A stretch of DNA of 64,000 bases. It comes from Blastocystis sp. ATCC 50177/Nand II. Lineage: Eukaryota. The notes under the pieces are model-generated. The model was given only the letters and a program-made list of their open reading frames with translations. It did no database searches and was not told where the DNA came from. Positions within the stretch are counted from its first letter, which is position 1. Each line of letters opens with the position of its first letter. Shown here in pieces: positions 37,931-49,739 of this stretch. The DNA lies in the NCBI GenBank assembly GCA_039096935.1, contig JBBPEE010000035.1:930001-994000 (forward strand). Reading direction: 5' to 3'. The position numbers and the translations under genes are program-made.

Positions 37931-39651
37931 AAGTAGTGGCACAAACCCCTGAAATGGCACAAACCCCGGAACGACCACCGGCGAAACGCCCACTACCCTG
38001 CCCAATGGATAGTACATGAAGAGTTATTAGGGTTAAGCCATAGATAGTCAAGAGCTCCTATGGAAGAATCTGGAGAAAAACGGTCCTCAAATCTCATTGG
38101 TCGACCGTATCTTTCGTCATTTCTCCCCCACAAGGCCTATTTCTTCAAACCCTTTTGCATTTTCTTTGTGTTTACAACAAAACACTATCACACCGAATTT
38201 GGCCAGGCTCAGAACAGCTTCACTCCCGTCAATCGCGATTTCCGGCAATTGCGGCGTTCTTCGTTCTTCTCCGGCAGCTGAGCTAGGATGGAGGAGTGGT
38301 CATCAGAAAGCAGTGTCGTTCGCTTCCAGGCCTGCAGGATGTTGCTTCTTGTGAAGGCATCCGAAAAGGCGTTTCTAGAAGCATCGAGCACGGCTTCTAT
38401 CCCGTTGCTCTTGCAGTACTCCTTGAGGTGGGTCTTATAGGGACTATAGATCCCCACGTCCAGGGGTTGGAGGAGAGCAGTGGTCTTCGCAGGCAGGATG
38501 ACCATATGGATGTTTTCACTTCTTAAAGCTCGCTCCACAGCCTTGTCATACCGACTTGCGTGCGCATCTGCTATTATCAGGGCATGTCTATCCTTGTTGT
38601 TGCCTCTGATCTGATTTACCGCGGGAATCAGCAGATCGCGCATCCACCGAGCTAAGCTCTCATTGCTCATCCAACCCTTCGCGGACTGGGCAATGTAGTT
38701 ATTATCCAAATGAATCTTCTCCAGAATCGGCGCGAGGCGCTTTCTGGGAGGGATAATGTAATACTCGGGTAATGCCAGACCCGCCCCCGAGATACAGCCT
38801 ACCAGAGTATAGTGCTCTCTCGGATTGCCCTGCTTCTTGGTAGGGATATCCCCACGGGCATGAGCTACTTTACAGCGCGGCGCCTTGTCCTGGGGCGAGA
38901 TCCACGATTCGTCAAAATTGAAAACAAGATCAGGTGTAATTCCGTACTCTTTCAGAACCTTACCCACGAGAGCGAAGAACTCGCTCGCCTCATCAATGGA
39001 TAGTAGTTTCTTAGTAGTATAGGAATTGCAACACTTATCCAGCAAAAGCCCCCCTCCCCCAAGATTTTGCGAATGTACCCTCTGGACACCAATCTCCGGT
39101 TATGCAAAACGGCGGGGCGTTTGGCCCGGACAATGTCCGTAACATACTCGCGCATCTCCTTCATAGTTGCACAATTACCCTCATGGGACTTGCACTCCAC
39201 CCAGTCCCAAAATTCGACCTTTTCCACATCTCGAAGATAGGGTGGTCTCCCGTTGCGCCCAACCTCCCTCCCCTCTTTCATCGCATTCACTGCACTATAG
39301 TAGGATGATTTGGAGAGTTTCAGTTTCTTCTGAAGAAGTTGATTGGAATCGACATCATCGCAATTCACATCGCCGCTCAGCCGTTTGATGGCGCTGAACT
39401 TCTTTCTGGGTGAGGTTTGATTCCTCACTTCACTCCTTGCAAACACGCGGTTCATCTCAAAGAAATAATGAAGATTGGCCAAAAAGGTAATGATTTCTGT
39501 TATTCGTTTTGGAAGATTCTGGAAGATTCTAGAACATTTGATTGAATAAACATGTTTCTTACACTAATACCTATCCACATGAAAATTGGTGAAAAAGAAC
39601 TAAGAGGTCGTTCCGGGGTTTGTGCCATTTCAGGGGTTTGTGCCACTACTT
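37931..39651 (-). mobile_element. Complete pogo-like (Tc1/mariner superfamily) DNA transposon, 1721 bp
   Basis: Perfect 46-bp TIRs at 37931-37976 and 39606-39651, TA on both flanks (37929-37930 and 39652-39653), and an internal HTH plus DDE_1 transposase. Confidence 0.93.
38209..39482 (-). CDS. pogo-family transposase (HTH/CENP-B-like plus DDE_1), split by one frameshift near 39045-39060
   Basis: GRNGRPPYL HTH linker; catalytic motifs VFNFDES, IIADAHASR and LLQPLDVGIY; KGWMS. Confidence 0.88.
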
Positions 39652-41434
39652 TACGCCTTCCATGCGATTATGGCGACAGGGCCCAAAAAAACGCCCTGCC
39701 CGTCCTTTCAAATATGGGTGGTAGACTATGCCCGCCGCAGGCGAAAAATTGGATTTGTTATACATAACAAAAGTACCCGCAGAATGAAAACTAGCCCAAA
39801 TACGAGCTATAGAGCTGTTAGCTTTGAATCGCATTAAGGGCAATGCTGAGTCACTTCTAAACTAGTGATTATTTGAATCACATTTCTAATGCGCATCCAT
39901 AATGTGACTTGATTGCCTTGAAATAGATGATTGCTCAATTCACTTGTGTGAAGAACATGATAATCGAGTATACTCATCGTACGAACTCCCTTTGGTGGTG
40001 AAGAAATCATGCGTGGTGAATGTTGGCAAGGAAAAGGTCTCCATGAATCCTTTTCTCCGCTACTATGTAAGAGAAGTGCACTATGCAATGGGGAATGGGA
40101 AGCAGGAGAAGAAAAGTATCAACTCCATTGTGTTCAAACAAGATAGCTTTTGCATTTGTTAATCAATCGACATCTGTATAGATAGATGCGTGTATCGCGA
40201 GAATAGATATATACTCCTTTAAACCAAAACTAACAGAAGTTAGATACTACGAAACTAAGGAGAGCATGTGAATCATGAATACAATGTATATATGAGACAT
40301 TGAAGAGACAAACAAAGATGAATAGTGACCTAACATATGGAAGCACATAGGGATTCCTGCATAGAAAGCAATTCCAGGTAAAATACACATGCCAGAGTAT
40401 GACTACCCCATCAGTAGCACAGGAACACATAGTATGTGCAAACGAACCTATCTATCATGAGCAAGAGGCATTGCTAAGTCGTTATCAAAAAGTGAAAATG
40501 AAAATAGTCCCTATTCCAGGAATCGCCTAAAGCAGGGCCTATTTTGCGAATTCGTTTTTCGCCATTTTCTCATTAACCATTTGTATTTGGGTGGAATAGC
40601 ATATACTATATTATTACAAACAATGAGAGGATTCATATTATCACATCTAGCAATGCCCAATCCGCGTGGTTGTCAATTCAGCATTAGGGCCCACTTTCCA
40701 ATCAAGCACCACTGAACACTTGTTGGTCAAAATCTCGATCAATACGAAGTATTTGCACAAGTGAACTACTTCATGTGAAAGAGGACTCTGAGATCTATCG
40801 ATTGCCACCCTTTCCACATTCATACCGTGCCTGGTTACAGAAATAACCGCGATTTTAGGTGGGAGTTTCGCCCACAATGCCGGTGGATTTGAAACTGTCG
40901 CCATACATGCGATCATCCAGGGCGTGTGCTTCTATTGGCTGTTGGAAAACCTTAAGAATTGTTCCTTTGGTGAGGCCATTGAGGGGTTTGCTCCTTCCTT
41001 CCGCTTTTACCTAGATATGGCGGTGATGTGTTTATCATCTCCTGCGTCGTCTCCATCTTCGTTCCCTATTCCAGAAAGTGGCTGTGGGTCTACATCATCA
41101 TTCCGCTCTATTTTGCGTATTTGGGAATCAAGCTCGTCGTCAACTGGGCGCTGACGCCGGATCCCACTCCCGAAGTTGCGTCTCCATCGTCCATTCAGTT
41201 GTAGGAGATGGAGGAGATGAAGAGCAACCGCCAGAAGAAGAGGGAGAGCCGCTATCACACGAAACAGCAATAATGGGGCTAATCATCGTTTCCTGTTTCT
41301 TTCAACTGCCATTCTCGTTCATTGCTGTGGCATCCTCCTCCACGATCTTTAAGGACCAACAGTGAGTGTTTCCTCCCAGATGATCAATACAAAGCAGATC
41401 TACAACAACAGCACTTGCTAAAACAAGGAGTGCA

Positions 41435-42395
41435 CTATACAAAATAAAGAGAATCCTTATCCTTCCTTTCCTCCCACAACGCTCGACACTCCTCTTCCAA
41501 CACGCCTCGAAACACGCGAAAGTGGTGATTTAGCTTAGGGACGTAATGAAGGTGCACGTGGCTCTTCAGACCACCGTTCTTGTCATCACAACCGTAAATC
41601 ACGCGACGAACACGACTATGCAGAAGACACATGCAGCACCTAATCCGTCATGGAATGCTACAAAGATAACATAACGCAGGGCTCTCGAGTCAGAACGACA
41701 TCGCAATTCGTGCACAGATAGGGATCCGTCTTCTTTGCGCACTTTCCAGCGAACTTTTGCTTCAGGGCTTCACTCTGATTGCGCACACAGGCAAAGCAGC
41801 AGTGATCCAGGAACATGCCTTGCCGGTTATCGCCGCATTCTCCAATCACGTCCCCGTGTTCGTCCAAAATCACCATACCGATGGGAGCGTTGCCGTAGGC
41901 GGCAGCCTCCTTCCCCAACGCAATGGCTCGCCTCATTGCCGCTACGAAGCGCTCCTTTTCCTGGGAAGTGAGCTCCGGTGGAGGCGTCATTGGGTGGTAG
42001 GTGATGGGCCAGAGGGCTCGCCCCTGCAAAAACAGTTCCTTCGTCTCGGCCGGATAGAGAGGAACTTTCACAACGGAAATCGTGTCGTCGGACACGTAGG
42101 GAATTCCGGAAAAGGAGGGCGTGGGCTCCATGCTCTTCTTTTCCCACAACAGGACATACAGAAGGTTGTCATCGTGCTCGCACTTGTTGACGCGTTTCAG
42201 ATGCTTGAACTAACCGTTAACGCGCAAACGCACCACCACGTCGTTTGTCATGGGAATGCGTGTCCCCAAAGCTTTCAAAATCTCCCCGATGTGGCACTTC
42301 TCCACTCTGGCACAGTAAAACTCGGTGGTGGTGATCGTGCTCGGAATGGGCCTCTTGACCTCCTCAAACGATGGGATTCCGTCAGTTGCACTCAT
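41435..42395 (-). CDS. TAD3: tRNA adenosine-34 deaminase subunit TAD3/ADAT3
   Basis: LWPITYHP, LDHCCFACV (no catalytic Glu), YLCTNCDVVLTREPCVMCCMCLLHSRVRRVIY, LNHHFRVF. Confidence 0.9.
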
Positions 42396-42569
42396 TCGGC
42401 ATGAATTGCCAGGCAGCGTACGATCGGAGAGGAATTGTGTGTCTCCCCGTTTCCTTCTTTTGTGTAGTGCATAGCAATGCTAGCGAACTGATAATTCCCA
42501 TTTGGAAGGTGTGTCTTTCTCCGCGGGCGTTTCATTCATCGTTCTCTTCCCCATTTTTCTCCAATCGTG

Positions 42570-43651
42570 ATGGCTGCAGGAAAGAAAGAACCGAAGAGCT
42601 GTTTCTACTACCTCGTAGTAGCGATCGTGTTTATGGTGCCCATTGTTCTTCTGGTGGTGGGAGCGGTTAGCCTGATGTCTTCTTCTGAGCGTACATTGAT
42701 GATCTCAGAGTGGGAGCATGCAGTCGCGTACTGAAGAATAGGTATAACAGAAGGGCAAGAGAATGGAACAAGCACGGCATGGAAGACTTCACTGGATTGA
42801 GTATTTATGCCGAATTGAACGGAAGGAATAGTGCCATGAAGGAAGTGCGCGATCAGAGCGGTGACTACTTCCCTGTCCGCGATTCCTGCCATCTCGAGGG
42901 CGATCCCGAGGCGGGATGTATCGCCACGAAAGCGCTGTTCTACGCTACCCCCATTATCGGGACAGAGAAGGAGCTGTCCGTGATCGTGAGCTACAAGGAC
43001 CGTATCGTGGTCAACGAAACGGTGATCACGGTGGAGCAGAAGCGTGTGGGAGTGCGTGAGCTTGAGTGCAATCACAACACGTATGCGTTCAACCCTCTCT
43101 AAATGGGTAGCGAGCTCTGTAGAGTACAGTGCAAGGAACGCTACAACGGCAACTGGAACGAGAAGGAGGAGGAATGCGAGTACTCGCAGTATCTCAGCGA
43201 TCTCTGCTACCGCGTGAACTTCGACGACAGCAACAACCTTGTGCTGGACTCGCCTCCGTAGTGCAGAGCGCAGGCGCTAAAGGATAGGGAATGGGTGCTG
43301 GACACGAAATCGCTGGGTTGCTTCTACTCGAATGAGTGGAGCCCTGTGAAGTATTCTCTGAACTCCACTGCGACGCCTTCTCTGACGGTGGGAGTGGGTG
43401 CGTGCGCTGAGGACTAGTTGCGGTACTTCCAGGACAGCGAGGTCGCGGCATCGTACACGACCCGCGGTTGTAGTGAGGAGCATGATGGCAATGCGAAGTG
43501 CATGGGTCTGACGAGAAAGGAGGCGAGTCGCATTGGTATCATTTGCACCGTGATTAGCATCGCTGTGATGATTGTCCTTCTCACTGTCATGGGCATTGTG
43601 AACTATGTCCGCCGTCTGGAAAAGGATGATATCACCGCCCCCATAGTTTAA
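42570..43651 (+). CDS. Uncharacterised two-TM protein with a Cys-rich loop (paralog of 16701..17766)
   Basis: YNRRAREWNKHGMEDF, YFPVRDSC...DPEAGC, SDLCYRV and AASYTTRGCS match the paralog; TM segments at both ends. Confidence 0.8.
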
Positions 43652-43878
43652 TCCCTGTTTGTTGCACCCATTTTGAGCGTACCGAGTTATCCGTTGCAGA
43701 TTTCCTATACGCGTTTCTGACTCAAGTTGAATCGCTGAAAATGCAATCAACCGTGGTTCATCGTTACCCAGAGCGATCCACTACACAGCTTCCTTCCACT
43801 GCACGTCCATCTATAATAGAGATCACTCTCAATCCGAGTGCAGAGAATGACCCCATTCTCTTCATCATCTATTTCACC

Positions 43879-45030
43879 ATGGATGGTTTAGATATCGACG
43901 ATGACAGCTTTGTTCAATTATCAACCCTAACTCATTCGTAGAATATGTCGCTGTCAAAAGCGCAGCAAGTCATCCATGAGCAGAACGAGAGAATCCGTGC
44001 TTTGGAGGACATTGAAGAGCGATACCATCGGCTCCAGCGTGATTTTGACAGGATGAAGAGCGACCTGTCCCATTCCAAGCAGATTCACGACGCATACGCT
44101 GTTCGCTCCGTGCAATCATTTCACCGATAGAACGACGCTCTGTTGCAGGAGTTGCGAGCGGCGAAGGAGGCGATTCGGGAGAAAGACCGCCGTCTGCAGT
44201 ATTTGGAGGAAGCAAACAACCGACTGGTGTTCCGCATGCGCAATCTTCAGGTGGAGATATCGGGGAAGGACAACTCCATCACGGAGCTCAACCAGGAGAT
44301 TAACTTCATAAAGAGCAAGCTGGACAAGCCGAGAGAGATCCGTAAGTGTGTTGCGCCTGGTCTTCCCCTCTAACTGTGTGGCAGTGGTGAATGAGATCAA
44401 GCAGAAGGACGTCATGATCGACACGCTGAAGAAGAGGCTGCGCCAGGGTCGGAGCATCTCCATTCCCGTGGGCGAGGTCGATTCGGACCGGATGTCCGTT
44501 TCTTCCTATGGATCCGTGCCTCGCAGCTTCGTTGGGGTTCTTCCTGCGTGCACTTCTCATGCATAGTCGATGTCCCAGCAGTCGAGCTACTACGGCAGTC
44601 AGCGGCGCATTATCCATCCGAACCGCCAGCTGGTGCACCACGAGACGGAAATCATCAACGGATGGAACAAAATCGTTCAAATCTACCAGGACTCTCCCGA
44701 CCCGACGTTCATTTCGCATCTGAAGGTAATGCGTGCCCATATCGCATGAGGGAGTAGCAGTACGTGCTGTTGTGCATTTCGCGGCTATCCATGCTGGCGA
44801 AGGACATGGACAAGCCCGACGAGGGCATCTTCAGCCAGAACTGCTATCTCTGTTCCAAAGCCTTCAGCTGCCTGCACAAGCCCATTGTGTGCTCTCTGTG
44901 CGGCTACATGTTTTGCTCCAATTGCGCGCCGAGAACCCTCGTTCTCGGGACCCAGCACGAGGAGAAGCGCGTGTGCGTGGTGTGCGAGTTTATGTACCGC
45001 TTCGTCTACAAGACCGAAGACACCAAATGA
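43879..45030 (+). CDS. Coiled-coil plus C-terminal FYVE-type zinc finger protein
   Basis: CYLCSKAF...CSLCGYMFCSNC...RVCVVC; the basic RRHHCR patch is degenerate. Confidence 0.8.
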
Positions 45031-45072
45031 TTTAGTTGCGGCTGTTTCCTCAACAAACACGCGCTAAAAGCA

Positions 45073-48000
45073 CTACTCCAGCGGCTGGCGCACGTCCTTG
45101 TACTCGTACGTCTCGATCACGTCGCCTTCCTTGAAGTCCTACGCCTCACGCCCGCTCGCCGCGCGCACCGTGTACCCGCTGATATGAATGCCGCACTCCT
45201 TCCCCGCGCCGATCTGCTCCACCTCGTCCTTGAAGTGGCGGATCGACGAGAAGCCCGTGCCCTTGAAGATCACCTGCTCCTCACGCCCGCTCCCCACACG
45301 CACCTGATTGTCGCGAACGATGCGGTACAGCGCCTGCCGCGTCATCGTGCCCGTCTTCACCTCGCAGCCCGCGATCAGCGAGTCCTTGTCGCTGCCCACG
45401 AACGTCTACACCTCACGCCACCACCTTGCCTCCACCTGCTTCACCACGCAGGAGGCGCTGACGACGGGCATGTTCACGACAGGCATGAAGGCCTCCGCCT
45501 CCTCCTTCAGCTACGCCTCACGCCCCCGCCGCGAACAAACAGAGTCAAACAACGAATAAATGATCGTACCCGTCACGCTCGGCACATGCATCGTCCTCAT
45601 CGCCTTCTGCAGCTTGCCTGCGCGTCACGCCCACACGCCTCACCCACTCGGAATCTTCGTGTTGAAGCCCAGCAGCACGCCCTTGCAATCGCGCGCCGTC
45701 TCCACGTCCGACTGGCTCACCTGGCCCATCGACGCCGACACCACGTGGAACTGCGCGTTGTGGATCGACGCGTTCAGCTCCGCGATCTCCTGACGCAGCG
45801 CCTACCCATCAGAATTCCGCCGTGGACCCACCAGCAACGACCCGTCCTCGTCTGCCTTCACCACCAGCGGAATGTCCACCACCTTCTTCTCCTCCTCGGT
45901 TTCCCCAGTTTCCCCAGTTTCTCCAGTTTCCCCATTCGCTTCCGCCTTCTTGCGTTGGATGGCCGCCAGGCGCTCGCGGCGTCGCTTGCGGTAGTTCACC
46001 ACCTCCACCGCCTCCGCCTCGTTCTTCACCTCCAACAGCCACTCGCCGCTGTCCGCGCGCCGGCTGATGCCCGTGATCTGCACCGTGTCGCCCGCCACCG
46101 CCTTCTTCACGCTCTTCCCGTCGCACAGCACGCGCTTGATGCGCCCGTAGTCCTCGCCCACCACGCACACGCTGCCTACACGGAAGTTTCCCCACCGCAC
46201 GATTGTATTGATGGTGGTGCCGACGCCCTCACTCACGTTGCTCTCAAACACCACGCCCTCGCCGCGCGCCTACGCGTCACGCCATCCGCACGCGCACACC
46301 TTCGGGTCCGCACGAATCTCCTTCATCACGCCCTCCTCGTACAATAACTCCTTCAAATCATCGATGCCCTCGCCCGTCTTGCTGTCAATTCCGATGATGT
46401 TCACGTCGCCTCCAAACGGGGTGGTCACAACGTCGTAGTCTAACAGCTGCGTGCTGATTCGCTTTATGGCCTCCTTCTTGTTCACCGTCTTTAGACCGCA
46501 TTTCGTCACCGCCACCACCATCGGGAGTTTCGTTTCCTCGATCAGTTTCAGCACCTCCTTCGTCTGTTCTTTAATCCCGTCATCCGCTGCAATGATCAAC
46601 AACACAATGTCCGTCGCACAGGCCCCTCTCTTGCGCATCGCCGTGAAGGCAGCGTGACCCGGCGTGTCGATAAACGTGATCTTGTTGTCCTTCGACAGAC
46701 TCACATTGAACGCGCTGATGCGCTGCGTGATGCCTCCAGCCTCCTTCGCCGCCACGCTCGACTTGCGCAAGTAGTCCAGCAGCGTCGTCTTCCCGTGGTC
46801 CACGTGACCCATCACCGCCACCACCGGCGCACGTGGAGGCAGGTCGTGCGGACTGGCCGCCATGTCCGTCGGCTGCAGGTTGAACTGGTTCTTCACGCGC
46901 ACCGCCACGTCCAGGTCAATCGCCAACAACTCCACCGCATCACAACTCACCAAATCGTCCTTCGATGAAACGCCCTCCTCCATCTCGCTTAGGCGCTCGA
47001 TGCACTCGCGCACGGGCAGGCCCAGCAGCTTCGACACGGTCTGCACCGTCACCTCCTCCTCGATCGCGATCGTCTTCTGTGACGCCTCCTTCTTCGCGCG
47101 CCGCGTCTTCCCGCCCTTTGCCGCCGGTTTTGAATTGGAACTGTCTGAAACGGCCTCGGGCGCCACAACGCTCTGCGCTGCCGCCACGGCCTTCGGGTTG
47201 GAGACGAGCGTTTCATCGAACTTGGCGGGAGTTTCGCTGATAGCCTTTGCCGCCTCTTTGAAGGTGTCTCCGAATAGCCCGTCAAATTTGGAGTGCGCGC
47301 TCTTGCGAAGCGCATCGTAGTCCACCGCCGGCTTGGCCTCCCGCGGTTTTTCGGCCTCCACGGCGGCAATCTTCCGCTCCTCCTCTTCCTTCTTCATTCG
47401 GTCCACCTCCGCCTGGAACGGGTCCTCGAAGTTGAACTGGAACTCCTGGCCCAGCTCCAGGTTCTCCGTGAACGGAAGCGAATCGGGCGCGATTGTCTGG
47501 TGCGAAGACTCGGGCGGCTCCGACGTATTCTCCAGTGCGTCGAAGTCCAGGAGGTGGGTCACGGAGGGGAGAACGGACGAAGCGTCCTTGCCTCCATTCT
47601 GCGATGCTTCGTTCATGGGGCGCAGCAGGGAAAAGATCGATTCCACCGGCCTGCCTCCGTTCGTGGACGATATCTGCGAGATGCTGTCCTTCACCTGCGA
47701 GGGGAGAGGGGGAAGCTCATTCAGCGAAATCGGCGACTTGGCGGTCGTATTACCCTTCTTTCCCTTCTTCTGATTCCTACGATACCCCTCGGCCCCGGAC
47801 TCATTTCCACCCTTTGCAGATGAGCGGATGTTCATCCCAGACACGTTAATAATAGGCTGTTTTCCGACAATGTCGTCGATCAGCGACGATCCGAGTCCAG
47901 AAGGACTCTGCATTCCTGGTCTCCCCCTTTCGGCGCCTCTCTCCACCGATCGGCTCTTGTTCGACTCTACTCGAATCACCAAACTATGAAAAGCACTCAC

Positions 48001-48253
48001 TTGAGAAGCTGTTGCGCGGTGCACTCTGCTGCTTCTGCAGCTCGTCAACACTGCTCCATTGTTTCATATAATCGCTCTCCAGCCGTTGGAGCTCCTGGAT
48101 ATCCTGCTGGCAGGAAGACACTCCCGACTGCGCCACTCGCTTCAGCACGCTTCTCTTCGCCTCCCGCAACTGGGTTTCGATCGCGGAGAGGGACTCCTTC
48201 GCCTTCTGCAATTGTGCAGGGAGATCCGCTACTCTTACTGCATTCTTTAGCAT
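45073..48253 (-). CDS. MTIF2: Organellar (bacterial-type) translation initiation factor IF-2
   Basis: PVVAVMGHVDHGKTTLLD, EAGGITQ, FIDTPGHAAF, KADEDGS, SIRHFKDEV...GKECGI; long N-terminal extension. Confidence 0.92.
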
Positions 48254-48360
48254 CCTATACGACTGTCTCTGCGAACACGCGGATTGCAGAGAATCCAACT
48301 GCGATTTGTGGCACTTCTCGACGGAACGAAACTCCGTTCTCGCAAGAAACAGAACACTGG

Positions 48361-49739
48361 TTAAGGAATCACCTCAATGCTGTTGTTGTACGCCGGGTAG
48401 TGGAAGTCCTCCACCGTGAACTTCCCGCTCTCGATCGACTTCTGGACAGCGGGCAGGATTCGGTGCATCTCCTTCATCAGGTGTCTGATGCTCTTGCACA
48501 CCTCCTGGAAGCCGTCCTCGCCCCACCACTTGGTCTGATTCGCATACAGGCATCGGCCTCCGCACTCGTGGAGAATGTCGCAGGAGGTGCAGGGCTCGCC
48601 GATCAGCTCCGCGTTGTACAGCTTCTTCGGATGGAAGCCTACGCATGATGCCCCATCGCCATTGCCACCCTCCTTCGTGATGTACGTCACGCAGTCCAGC
48701 TCCGCAGCAATGGGACAGGTGCTCACACCGCCTCCCGTGGTAATACTACAGTTCAACCGGAATACATCATCCACTTGAAGGAAGTCATACCGCTGCCGCA
48801 GCGCACGCCCGTCACCTTCTCGCCAATAAGCATGCTAGGCATAATTGTTATCATACTGCACTACGAGTACAGCACGCCGGTGAAGGGGGCGATCGGGAGA
48901 ATGCGCCCGTTCTCAAGCTCGCGCTCGAACTCGTCGGCGAGACGCGTGATTCCGGGGTTGTAGGAGGTGTCTCTCCACTGGCACCACTCCTCGATGCGCT
49001 CATTGTCCGGCGTGTCCCAATTGCAATCCAATTGCCAGTGGACGTGCCTGAAGCCCTTGTTGATGAGGTGTGCGCAGTGAAGAAGCCAAACAGTGGAACA
49101 CAAAGGATATGCATCACCTCCTCGTAGATGTCGCCTCCCTGCGAAACGCTTACCGTCATGCGGGCGACGATGTCGTTCTTGAAACCCTTCGCCTTGATGC
49201 ACTCCACGTTCTCGATGATACGCTCGTAGGTTCCCTTGCCGCGGCACTTGTTGGTGATCTCCGGACGACCGTCGATCGAGCAGAGGATCGTGTCCATCTT
49301 CATGAGGTAGTCATCCCTGACCGTTTTCAGCAACGTCGCGTTCGTCTTCCCCTAAAGCCCCATTCGAAACACTACCTGCAGACAGAAGCGCGCCTTCGGG
49401 AACATGTCCATGATCTTGTAGATGGTGCGGTTCTTCAGCAGCGGCTCTCCGCCGTAAAAGCAAATCGTCAAATCGTCGATTTCCCTACGCATGATTCTGT
49501 GGCCGCATGCCCACTTAAAGGGCTCCAGCTTGGAGAGGTCGTAGGTCATTTCCTTTGGGTGCGTGTCTCTCTCGTACTCGTCGATCTGCAAATCACTCCA
49601 TCACGCTCCTCCAACAGTGATATTCTCGATATCCTCATAGTTCTCGTCGGAACCGCAATACGTGCAAGTGAGGTTGCAACTCTGTGTCTTAGCTCTAAAT
49701 TCACTTGCCTGCCTGAGTCAAGGTGATAAAGACCAGCAT
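48361..49739 (-). CDS. Radical SAM enzyme with a SPASM domain, resembling the archaeal AF0577 family
   Basis: MLVFITLTQSCNLTCTYCG (CxxxCxxC), FYGGEPLL, SIDG, HVHWQLD, CGSG, CPI and CTSCDILHECGGRC. Has a GC-AG first intron and a U12 AT-AC intron. Confidence 0.88.
49070..49110 (-). other. U12-type AT-AC intron (41 nt) in the radical SAM gene
   Basis: 5' ATATCCTTTG, branch-like TTCTTCAC, 3' CAC; removal joins EVMH-LINKGFRHVHWQLD. Confidence 0.9.
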
